NCBI RefSeq assembly: GCF_036321535.1
Contig: NC_087472.1
Location: 101,868,001 to 101,932,000 of the forward strand
DNA from: Camelus dromedarius
Lineage: Eukaryota
DNA: 64,000 nt
Direction: 5' to 3'
Shown: piece after piece, positions 41,160-51,340 of the stretch
Layout: each line of letters starts with the position of its first letter
Position numbering within the stretch: position 1 is the stretch's first letter
Notes under the pieces: model-generated
The model's input: only the letters and a program-made list of their open reading frames with translations
What the model was told of the DNA's origin: nothing
Databases searched by the model: none
Position numbers and translations under genes: made by a program

Positions 41160-42470
41160 AAGTCTCAGAAGGCTCTCAACACAGCCGGGTGATCCCCCCT
41201 ACACTTCCTCATCGCATCCATGGTCCCTCCCTGCAACAACATTAACACCTCGCCCTCTCTCCTCACGTTACCAACACCCTCTCAGCTGAAGACCTTCCCA
41301 CATAATTCACAGAGAAAATGGATCTAATGGTCTAAGAACGCCCCATCCAAGCACCATCAGTTCACCAGCCCACCTGCCCCTCTACCCATATCCCCCATCT
41401 TCCCTCGAGTTCCCATGGGTGAAAGAGGGCTCTGATCCCTTCGCCTCTCAGCTTCTCAAGGAATTATCATAATTATCCAGTTCTTTTCCCTGCATCATCA
41501 ATCTCCCCCTCTCCCTGGAATCTACACATGCCTAAATACCAACATTTTTAAAGGAAATCTCCCTGCCTTTCCCTCCAGCCATGGCTCCATTTCCCCACTC
41601 CCCTTCAGAGCAAAACTCCTTGTAAGAGTTGTCTGTGGTTGCTATCTCCTCCTCCATCCATCCTGTTCTCTCTTCATTACTTCTTATTTGGCCTTCATCT
41701 TACCCCTTCACTTAAATGGCACTTAATCAGGGCCACTCATTGCTAACCAGTTACCAAACTCAATGGTCTTGTCTCATCTTCCTCTCAGAAGCATTTGACC
41801 AAGTTGACTTCTCCTCCATTCTTGAGACACCTTCTCCTTGCTTCCATCATAGCACACTCTCCTGATTCTCCTTCTAGCTTTCTGACTGCTCCTTTTCAGA
41901 CTTTCTTCTCCTATACTAACCTTCCGAAGTTGGACTGCCCTACGCTAAGCCCTGCCCCCCTTTTCTTTACTCTCTACACTGCCCTAGTTCCAAGGCTTTG
42001 CATATCATCTCTACCCTTAAGTCTTTGGGCTACATCTCCAGCCTGGACCTCTCTCTTGAGTTTGGAACTCACTCATCTAATTGTCTAATACACACAGGCA
42101 TCTCAAGTTAACACGGGACAAACAGAAAAGTATTGATTCCATTCCCGCCATTCGCACCCCGCAACCCAGTGATGACAGATCTACTCTTCCACTCACCTTA
42201 CCCATTTCTAGAAATGGAACTTCTATGAGTTAAGCCCAAAAACCTAAGGTCCTCCATAATTACTTTTTGTTCTCATACCTTTTACCCAATCCAGTTTGTA
42301 AGTCCCATCAATTCCATCTCCAAAATGAATTCAGAATCCGACCACTTCTCACTGTCTCCCTAGTCCTAGCCACTGTCACCACTCACATTGTCTAACTGGT
42401 CTACTGGTCTCCAGACTTATTTCCAGAGTGACTCTGCTGAAGTATATGTCAGATCATGTCACCCCTGCAA
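41160..42470 (+). mobile_element. L2 fragment
   Basis: agaagcatttgaccaagttgac...ccagcctggacctctctcttga...tcagatcatgtcacccctgc. Confidence 0.8.
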
Positions 42471-42667
42471 AAACCACCCCAGCCTGTCTCGGGGCAACAG
42501 GACGCAGCTGTCCAAGAATGGTGATCCGAGTGGGAAGGCTATACAGGGGGTATGGAGGCACCCAGACACATTCAAACGGGGAGAAAAAGGAACTTCAATC
42601 ACTTTTAGGCTTCCTCTCCCTTTCAAACTCCTCTAGGCCTCGAGCAATGCTAAAGGGAGATGCATAA

Positions 42668-43105
42668 TGTAGTAGACGCCACTGGTATTCCACCCACAGC
42701 CCTTCTGCCCTCCCCAGAGGACCCCTGCAGACATTCCTGTACACACCATAGGCATTTGGCATCTCTCTACGTGGCCAGGGAGCATGCTGAGCCCACACAT
42801 GGCACAGGCCCAGGAGCCAGAGAGTTCATGCTCCAGGTGCCACTCTCCATCAGTGAGGGGTGGAAGTTGGTGGAGAAATACTCCAGCTTCCTCACTCTTC
42901 AGTGCAATACTTCTGAGGTATGTGCTGGATTGAATCCCACTTGCCTGGGATGGAAAGCAGCTCACAATGTCCATGAGGTTTCCTCTTTCCCTGCCCTACT
43001 TCCCCACTCTCTCCTCACGTTTCGGGGGGGATCCCTTCTCAAATAAATGCATGCACAGAAATCCTTGTCTCCACCTCTGCATGCTAGGAAACCCAAATTA
43101 AGACA
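42668..43105 (+). mobile_element. LTR16-type (ERVL) solo LTR
   Basis: TGtagtagacgc...aataaa...ccttgtctccacctctgc...aacccaaattaagaCA; perfect 5-bp TSD cataa (42663-42667, 43106-43110). Confidence 0.87.
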
Positions 43106-43839
43106 CATAATATTGTGCTTTTCTTCGCAAAGGTAATGCCTTTTATAACACCAAACAAGAACAATGCCCTCCTAAATTTATATGGACAAGAGACAAGAGA
43201 GGTTTGGACACAAAGTCTGGAGACAATGTTTTAGAAAAACGTAAAAATTAATAGGAGATTTTAAATCTATTCCTGGGTATTACATTAGCTCCATCTTTAT
43301 TTATTCATGTATAAGTACACAGAGTATATGTTCATCAATTGTATGCACATACCCAAAGTCCCTCTTTTCTCTATTAACCATTAATCTGTACTCCAAACAG
43401 CTAAAAGGATTTATGAAATTCTGGATACATAACTATCCACTCCTCCCTCTAAAGAAAGAGGGCAGAAGAGAATACATTCTGCTCCAGAGCTGAGTTTCAC
43501 TTGTGAGAAATCTAACTTAAGGAGCAGTGTGTCACAATCACTCACACACACACACACACACAGGAAATGTATGCACCACTCAACAGTCTGCAAAACTCCC
43601 CTCCACTTCTTTTGAAGTGAAATCACCACTCACCCCAACCGCACTCCCCAGATATCAGCACTGTTGAAAGTGAAGGGCCAGTCTCTGCTGTGTGGTTTGG
43701 GGTAAAAAGGAGGCAGGATTAAAGCGCTTATTTCAAGTCCCAAAAGTAAAATACGACTTGGCCTACGGCAGTCCTAATTCTTTCCAGAACTCATCCCCGG
43801 AATTGCCCTTTTAAACAACCAGTCATTAACCCAACTCCG

Positions 43840-44320
43840 GGTCTTTTATAGCTGCGAAAACCGATCGCGCACATCATTTATTCATTACGCTTATTATTAT
43901 TGTTATTGCAGAAAAGCAGCGAATTCCCAGGGCGGGGTTCAAAGAGTTTGGGGGAGGGGGGCTGGGGTGGGGACGAGTGCGTGAACGGGGAGGAGGCTGT
44001 GCTGGGTTGGAGAGCAGAGGTGCCCGGAAGTCCCTGGGGAAGGATGCCGCGAGAGCGCCCCCGCCCCGCGCGCTCGGCCACCACCGTGCACCGGCGCAGC
44101 TGCTGCAGCAACCGGGGAAGCTTCTTATGTAAGTCAGAGCCGCTGACATCACCTTCGCCGGGAGCGTCGAGCGTCGCAGCCGATCTAGGCGCCAAAGGAC
44201 CAGCGTGCTGGCCTAGGGCCCCCGCCCACCGTCCGGTTGTTCCTAAATAACTCTGCCTCCGCCTGATTTGGCTAACAGTGCGCCAGGAAACCCTCCTGAA
44301 CGCCTCTCGGGGGGCAGATG
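43840..44320. promoter_or_regulatory. Second CpG-rich patch in proximal intron 1 (candidate enhancer or alternative promoter)
   Basis: CpG-dense; GC box 44058-44067, TTATGTAA 44125-44132, TGACATCA 44144-44151, minus-strand TATAAAA 43844-43850. Confidence 0.6.
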
Positions 44321-45177
44321 ATACAGAATGGCATTTATTGGGAGCCCTAGGATGTCGCAATAGTGAAGTTAACGGGCAGCAAAGGTGCCCGGGGGTCTTC
44401 CACATGCGGGTGGATTTGGGCTACAGTACACAAGACGGGAGCAGGGGGTGTACACCTCTGGGATTCTCGGAGGGCAGGGCCATTTAGTAGGAACCCTGTG
44501 CTGTTCAGGGCAGAATAGAGGTCCAAGGGTCTCATCGATCTCCCCAGGGCCCGGGACACTCCTCCCTCCATGCCCTTCCAGGCCACAAGGCTGGAGGAGA
44601 GCGCTTTGGAGTTCACTCCAGGAGGCGAGCGGCGCCACGATATGTTGCATCCGAGCGCAAGGCATAAATTCTGGGCTCGGTGCAGCCCTCGAGGTCACAG
44701 TAAGAGGGACAAAACCGCCACGGCGTTGCCGAAGCCCTAAAAGGACACTCACTACTCCTGGAGCTCCCCTCAAGCATGCTGGGGGGGGGGGCACTACAGG
44801 GCTCCGGGATGGGCTGCTGGAAACCAAAGAAGTTGCACCAACCTCCTGCCCCCTGGGAAGGGATGGGGAAATCGAACCCTGAAGGTAAATGTCAGACTCC
44901 TCTGCCTCCTGTGTCCCCCATAAACGGTCCCTCTCAGTCGGAGACTGCCTTCGAGTCCCGAGGCGGCCCCTTTAACTTTCTCCCCTCAGCGTCCATCCCA
45001 GCCCGAGTCTAGCCTAAACTCCAGGAGGATTGGGGTGGGTCCCAGGAGAAGGGAGGGGTGGGAGGCAAGAGTAAGGTGCAAGCTGTAGGAGCGCCGCGGG
45101 TCTGAGATTGCGGCGACCGTGGAGGGCGCGAGGGCCCGGTGCCGGAGCGGAGCACCAAGGGGGCGGACGGCGCGTGT

Positions 45178-45183
45178 ACTCAC
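45178..45183 (-). other. NHS: 5' splice donor of NHS intron 1 (GTGAGT)
   Basis: Plus-strand actcac is minus-strand GTGAGT, exactly where recalled NHS similarity stops (DPKQEAV|P). Confidence 0.93.
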
Positions 45184-45730
45184 GCACTGCCTCCTGCTTA
45201 GGGTCCAGCGTGCCGAGGACGCGCTGCACGCCGCCGAGCTTGCCCTGCAGGGCCCAGACGCGGCGGTGGGTGAGCTGGATGTCGCTCTCGAGCTCCTGGA
45301 AGAGGCTGCACGCGTGCCGGGCCACGTCTGAGAGCTGCCGGAGGACGCGGGCCAGCGCCGCGTTGCTCAGCGCGCACAGGTCCAGCATGAGCAGTACGGC
45401 CGCGGCCGCCGCCGAGGACGCCTCGCCAGCCGCGGACGCCGCCTCCAGGACCCCCACCGCGCTCTCCTCGCCGGCCGCGGGAGCCTCTCCGTGCGGCGGC
45501 GCCTGGTCAGTCGGCGCGGCCACCGGCTGAGGAGGCTGCCCAGGAGGCGCGGGGGGCGCGTGGGGAGGATCCTCCGGCCCCGGCGCCGAGGTCTCGTCCT
45601 GTCGGCCGGGCGGTTGCAGGGGCGGCGGCGGCTCAGCGCTGCCTCCGTTTGCGTCCTCCACCGGGCCAGGCGCCGGGCGCCTCTGACGGCACAGCCACTG
45701 CGGCTCCACAATCCGCTTGGCGAAAGGCAT
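45184..45730 (-). CDS. NHS: NHS exon 1 coding part (547 nt = 182 codons + 1 nt, phase-1 intron follows); N-terminal WAVE-homology domain with Pro/Ala-rich insert
   Basis: Translation [23 protein letters not shown]...[70 protein letters not shown] matches the NHS N-terminus as I recall it. ATG at 45730 has G at -3. The exon ends GCAGTGC|GTGAGT. Confidence 0.96.
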
Positions 45731-46070
45731 CCCGCACAGCCGGGCCTCGACTTTCTGGTCTCCTCAAAGCGCTCCTGGCGAGCAGGGAACCGGGCGCGCC
45801 CACCTGGGCAGGGAGAGGGCAGGAGTCGGGCAAAGGCGCGTTCCGGCAGTCGGGATACACAGGGAGCTCCTCGCTCACCTGGCCTCCTCCTCTTCCCCGC
45901 CCTCTCTCTAGCAAATCAGTCCAGCCGGCCCTCGAACACGCGCACCGTTCCCTGAGGAAGATGACAAACACGGGGCACAGAAATCCCGGGGTGCGCCTGG
46001 GCTCTCCTCACTTGCTTCCAACCCGGGTCGGCTGCCTCAGCTCCATCATTCCTGTGCTCGCCGCCGCCGC
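45731..46070 (-). other. NHS: Probable NHS 5' UTR (TSS estimated ~25-30 nt downstream of the TATA-like element)
   Basis: GC-rich leader between the TATA-like element and the ATG; TSS position is inferred. Confidence 0.6.
46008..46049 (-). other. Candidate uORF MMELRQPTRVGSK* in the NHS leader
   Basis: GGA ATG ATG GAG CTG AGG CAG CCG ACC CGG GTT GGA AGC AAG TGA; these are the only ATGs I found in the leader. Confidence 0.6.
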
Positions 46071-46094
46071 CCCGGCTGCTGCTGCCGCCACCGC

Positions 46095-46104
46095 CTATAT
46101 AAAT
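46095..46104. promoter_or_regulatory. TATA-like element (+ TATATAAA; - ATTTATATAG)
   Basis: Isolated AT block inside the CpG island, ~365 nt upstream of the ATG. Confidence 0.6.
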
Positions 46105-46106
46105 GG

Positions 46107-46186
46107 GCGTGTGTGTATGTGTGTGTGTGTGTGCGCGCGCGCGCGTGTGTGTGTCTGGGTGGGTGGGTGTGAGTGTGTGCGCGCGC
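46107..46186. repeat. Alternating purine-pyrimidine (GT)n(GC)n(GT)n tract, Z-DNA-prone
   Basis: Unbroken alternation 46107-46154 (gcgtgtgtgtatgtgt...gcgcgcgcgcgcgtgtgtgtgt), then a second gtgtgtgcgcgcgc. Confidence 0.85.
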
Positions 46187-47509
46187 CTCAGTTTGAAAGT
46201 ACCCCGGCGCAGGCCTCTCCCCGCGCGCCCCTCGGCCGCTCCGGGGAGCAACTGCGCCCGGGATCTATCTCCCTCTCTGGGCGGGGAGGAGGTTTCGGAA
46301 AGGCGCTTTGAAAAACCCGGAGAGAGGAATCCGCCTCCAGCCCAGGCGCAGGAGGCGGCGCGGGGGCGGCGGGGCGGACGCAGGGCGGGGGAAAGCCAGG
46401 GCGAGGGGGGCGCAGCGCCCTGTGCGGCCGCTGGGAGTCACTGGTGGCCTCACCGTGCCTGGCGCGTTCCGACGCAAAAACACTTCCTCGCCTCTGAGGG
46501 GTTAGGATTGAGACTGTCAGTGTGGCCTAGGCGCAGAGTCCTCACATTGGGGTTGGGGGTTGTGGGCAACGAGCGCAGAGGCAGGAGGGTGGGGTATTGG
46601 GGATGCAGCAGGTCTGGCATGCTGGAGCAAGTTGCTTTGCCGAATTCCAGCTCTGAGCAAGTCCTTTGGGTTCTTAGCAGGGAAAACTGAGCTGCCCCTT
46701 GGAGTGCCCCAGGCTCTGTGCTCGCTGAGACACAGCTGGGGAGGGTGACCAGCCATGGGAGCATCCTGGTGCAGCCAGGGTGGCCAGGGTGCTGTTTATA
46801 CCCCCTTCCCAGGCATCCCTCGGCCGCTGCGCTGGGCCGGGTCTCTATAGAATATCATGAATGAGACCCAAAACACCCATGAGCAAAACCCCCAGAAAAC
46901 TGCTTGCAAAATTCATTGACACGTTAGGTGAGATAAGCCTGATGACCTCCCTGTCCCCTTACTGTGCTGATCAGATACAGGGATGTTAAAGTTCTCCATC
47001 AGAGAGCTGATGATTCACAGAAGAAAGGAGAGCTTTCCCCTTCAGTTAACTGCAAGGTATAATTTCTAAAAAGGCATGTATAGTATTTCGATTACAGCAG
47101 TCTACAGGCTGGATGCCGTCAGCCTAAAACTGAAAAAGCGTTTGAGAAATGTTAATAAAATGCATGCTTTCGTCCCTCCAAAAAGAATACTATAAAAATA
47201 TTTTTTATTTTAAAGCCACAAGCCAGATCTTGGGAATGCAGACTTCATTTCATGTGTCTAAAGAGAACATGGAAAAAATATGTTTTATGGCAACAATAAA
47301 GTCCTCCAGACCTGTGGTGCTGTCTCCTCTCCCCCCTGCCCGCCTTTAGTGGAAGCCTGGGCAAAGCCCCACACTCAGCAGTCTGGACTGGCCCATACTT
47401 CAGTTATAAAGTCTTCAACAGACCCCTCTCTTATTCTACCTCAAAAAATAACATTTTTGGCAAGGGAGTGTCCCTGTTTATAAAAGACCCAGGCTGGGGA
47501 TCTGGGGGT

Positions 47510-47740
47510 AATGGGTCATGATGTCTGCAAGGTACACGTAAACAAGAAGCATGATGATAATAAACATGTAGCAACAAGAAGAATGATGATAATAATGTAT
47601 ATGGACAAAGAGGGAGAAAAAAAAGAAAATATGATGAAAGGTACAAAATAGTGAGTCTAGGTAAAGGGCGTTTGGGATTTGTCATACATTTCTTGCAACT
47701 TTAAATTTGGTTTTGTTTCCAAATAAAAAGTGAAAAAAAG
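47510..47740 (+). mobile_element. Old L1 (L1MC-like) 3' end
   Basis: catgatgtctgcaa...ttcttgcaacttt...ccaaataaaaagt. Confidence 0.6.
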
Positions 47741-50429
47741 GGGACAATATTTGGGGAAAGGGTCTTTTAGGAGATTTTTTTAATCTCACAAACCTAGAGA
47801 GCTTTGAGCTGGCTGTTTTCAAATTTAGCTTTACTTCTGAATATGTTCACAATTCTCAACATGAGTTCTGCTAGGTAGCCAAACTATATATTCCACCCTA
47901 AACCCTGTGAGGCAGAAAGAACAATCAGGGGCATTTAAAGGCATCCATTTATAGGGAGCCTTGTGGCAGGTGGGCCCTGACTGTCACTGCCCCTCACCCA
48001 GCACTGTCCTATTTACAGCATTCAGGGGCCAGTGCAGCGAGTCCAGCTGAACACTACCAAGGGCCATGAGTGGGATGGGGCTCTCATTCCTAAGGGGAGC
48101 TTCGGATTATTGGGGGATTTCCTACCTGGGCCAGAGGACCCCTCTCCACCTGAGAGAGGTGACTGGAGGGAAGGGCTGAAAAGTCCCACGAGAGGGGGAG
48201 TTCTCATCCACGCCCAGAAGGGGTAGGATTCCAGGGGGAATTAAGTCCGACAACAGGCTAACTACCTCAATGTCTGCTCCGAAGTGGTCAGCAGACCCTC
48301 AAGTCAAGAATTCAAGATGATTCAAAGTACAGATCAGCTCTTTGTAATCTCCTGGACTCCTGGTCGTGTGCTAATAAAGCCATTTGGGTCAAAATGCAAA
48401 GCTTTGCTCTTGGCTTTTGATCACCATCGGTCTCACTGCCCTCAGCCCTCTGTTGGTAGTCTGCATTGACCTCTCCAAGGTCACTTTAGTTTTTTATTTT
48501 TGCTTACTCTGAAGGACAACTTTCCTTTCAAAGTCACCAAAAATAAAACTAATACAAATAAAAATATTCATTAATACCATGAGTTGATGTGTTTCTCAGT
48601 CCACTGTAAGGTGTGAATACTGGCACTTTTAGAAAAGTGATTGTTAGACATCCGAGAGATTGTCTAAATAAAAAACAGTGAGCTAGCTATGCAAGGGCAG
48701 CTTCAGACAACCCCAGGCCTCATCTGCCCTGCCCACTTCAAGCTCCACCCCCACCCCACAGTTTTCCTATGGTTCCTACTTTTAGAACTAAACCACTAAA
48801 ATCAATCAGTGTAGCCGCCCCATGCCATCATAATGGGGGTACATGAATATTCCTAATGCTAAGGAGTTTCCTATACGTTCAGGAGCTGGGTCTCTCTTAT
48901 TCAAATCCCCGATGGCCCCATCAGACTCCGAGATTTCCCACAAAAAGCTCTGATGGAATCAAGGTTGATATCTGAAGCCAGACTGTTCTATCTACTTCTG
49001 TGTGTGTTGATCTCTCCCGATCACATACCATCCCCCAACCCATGTACACACATTTATCACCCTAATCTTGCAGCCAAAGTGGAAAAGGCAACATTTAAAA
49101 ATGACCCCATTGCCTAATACCTAGCAGTCATTCATGCAGCTCAAAGGCCAGCAAAGTTCCCCTATAAAGTCAAACATTCGGTCAGTATAAGCCTTATGCC
49201 ATTGTAAAGCGAACGAGGTATCCTGTTTCACCACGCCCCACAGTTCAACCCCTGCCTGCCTCGGCCCAGAGGGACAAGGTCTTTGTTGGAGCAGAGGCCT
49301 GGCATGGGGAAGCCACAAAAGGCAACTCTGCCCTCAGCCTGGCTCGCCTCCCGTTTGCACGGAACTGTAGTCAAGCTTCCTCTAGAACCTCACAAGCAAC
49401 AAGGCAGAGATTTTTGAAAGGTTCCTCACCAAAAATCTCTGTTCTGTTTCAAATATCCCAGCATCCGTGCTGCACCATCATTAGTTATACTTGAAAAATA
49501 TTTCTTTTGTCTAAGAAAATTCCAGGAGACACATGGGCTTGTTAGCATAATCGTGTAATTATAGTGACTGAAATCTCCCTTCCTCCACCCAGTTGCACCT
49601 ATTCCTCACTTCCCCACTGTTGTTTCCTCCCAAAAGCCCTGCTAAGTACAAAGTTGTTAAGTAAAAAATATTTTCAATACTTTCATTGGGCAAAACTATG
49701 AGCCTCCCATCCCCACCCAAGTTACCCAAACCATTTCAGATAGAAAAATATAGCTAGTTTACATAAGGAAAAAGCAACAATTTGAAAGTAAACAAGTATG
49801 GTTTGTTCATAAAGCGTAGTGTTAAAGTATCTTGTAATGGAGGTGCATTATACTTGCCAAAGGAGGAAGAGCTGATTCGAGAGTCTGCAGCAGCGGTGGT
49901 TGGTGGGGAGGGAGAGGTGGCCATTTGGGGGAAACTCCTGGAAAGTAATATGGTTCACATTCAAGTAGAACCCCTTTGGGGAGCTCATGATTATCGTATA
50001 CTCAAACTGCACCCACAAATAAAGTTATAGCACAGAAAAACACCTGGAGGGCAAAATAAAAGCTGAAGATGACAGAGCCGTGAAACATATGGAAGGAAGG
50101 CATTGGCAGAGCCAACAGAAAGGCTGCAGAAGATGTCACTGGCCCCTCTCTCCTCCCCATCAGCAGGCCAGGACCTCATGCTCCCAGGGGGGCTCTCCCC
50201 AGCTTTATGTTAGTTACTGAGCTCTGAGATTCACCAACTCCCTCTCTCCCTTAGCTGTGCTGGTTCCCATGAGGAAGCCACTAGCCCGTGGTCATATGCC
50301 ATCCCATTGGAGGGAGAATGCTTTCTCCCAGATCTATGGCTTACAGCATGAATGTAATGTCCAAGGCCTTCATGGCTTAGTTTCTCAAACTCAAAAGTCC
50401 AAGTTCTTCCAGTTCAAGAGCCTTAAATT

Positions 50430-50495
50430 GTGTACACCAGAAACTGACACAACATTGTAAACTGACTATACTTCAATAAAAATATATCTTAAGAA
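50430..50495 (+). mobile_element. Ultra-truncated L1 3' tip (~65 bp)
   Basis: tgtacaccagaaactgacacaacattgtaaactgactatacttcaataaaa; same tip as the other young L1s. Confidence 0.85.
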
Positions 50496-51059
50496 AAGAA
50501 CTTTAATTCGGTCTTGTGTATCCATGTTCCCAGGAAAAAATTCATTAATGTATCAAAATATGAAGCCACACACAAAAAAATGAAGCCACTGTACCCATAA
50601 TCTCAGAACCCTGCATATTGACAACTATCATGTGTAAAGTTTTCAGGGGAAAAAAGACTATATAATGCTACTGAAGGGTTTCCTTTGTTTTCATTTGTGC
50701 TTTTCTTCCTCAAAAATCCCCATCTAGTCTGTAAGTATGCAGGACAGAGGTTTCTCTCTGCATTTAACTGAGGGGGAAACATAGGCAGGGAAAAAAATCA
50801 TGCTATTAAATGGTTTTCCCAAAATGCCAAAGACTGCAAATCCAACCAGCCCTTTTTATCTTCCCTAAAGGACTGTTGATTACTCACATTGTTTTCAACG
50901 GCAGAGATTTTGACTTCTTTCTTATCTTCAAAAATCCTAGCCTCACATTTTACAACTGAATATAATTTTTAACATGCCAAATCTGGATTTGGTCAGAACT
51001 GCACATACATCAAAATAACTGACAGAGTTAAAGCAGATGGTGATAGCAAACAACAAGGG

Positions 51060-51340
51060 AGTTTCATTCACTGATTCGTTCCTCTGGTTATGCAACAAAC
51101 ATTTACCCGAAGCCTTATTTACTGAGTGCAAACATTTATTGGGTGCTCAGGCCTCTGTTAGCTGCCAGGGATATAAAAGGAAAGAAGACATAAACATCGC
51201 TATCAAAAGGTAGAGTCTAAGAAGGCAGATAGACATGTAAACAAATAATGGTCGTGCAATGCCAGCAAGCTCTAATAGAGATAAGAATTAAGTGCTATCC
51301 TGAATCCCTAAGCGATTAACACTGTCTGGGGGGAATACAG
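51060..51340 (-). mobile_element. L2 fragment
   Basis: caaacatttattgggtgc...agacatgtaaacaaataat. Confidence 0.65.

Larger units (their letters stand above)
1..45183 (-). other. NHS: NHS intron 1 (5' portion; continues beyond window start)
   Basis: Downstream of the donor. No exon-2 peptide was recognised in the window; NHS intron 1 is known to be hundreds of kb. Confidence 0.85.
45090..46500. promoter_or_regulatory. CpG island / NHS promoter
   Basis: Very high GC and CpG density over exon 1 and upstream; GC boxes (GGGGCGG) at ~46362-46390. Confidence 0.92.

Noticed and set aside
43874..44882. Overlapping 90-175 aa ORFs in the intronic GC patch
   Set aside because: Present on both strands in several frames, with no recognisable homology.
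45014..45183. C-terminal part of the 238-aa ORF ([10 protein letters not shown]...)
   Set aside because: Read-through past the GTGAGT donor into intron 1; NHS similarity ends at the donor.
45108..46690. Long plus-strand ORFs (140, 154, 220, 195 aa) over the CpG island
   Set aside because: Expected from stop-codon scarcity in GC-rich DNA; low complexity, translated microsatellite (VCVC), no recognisable domain.
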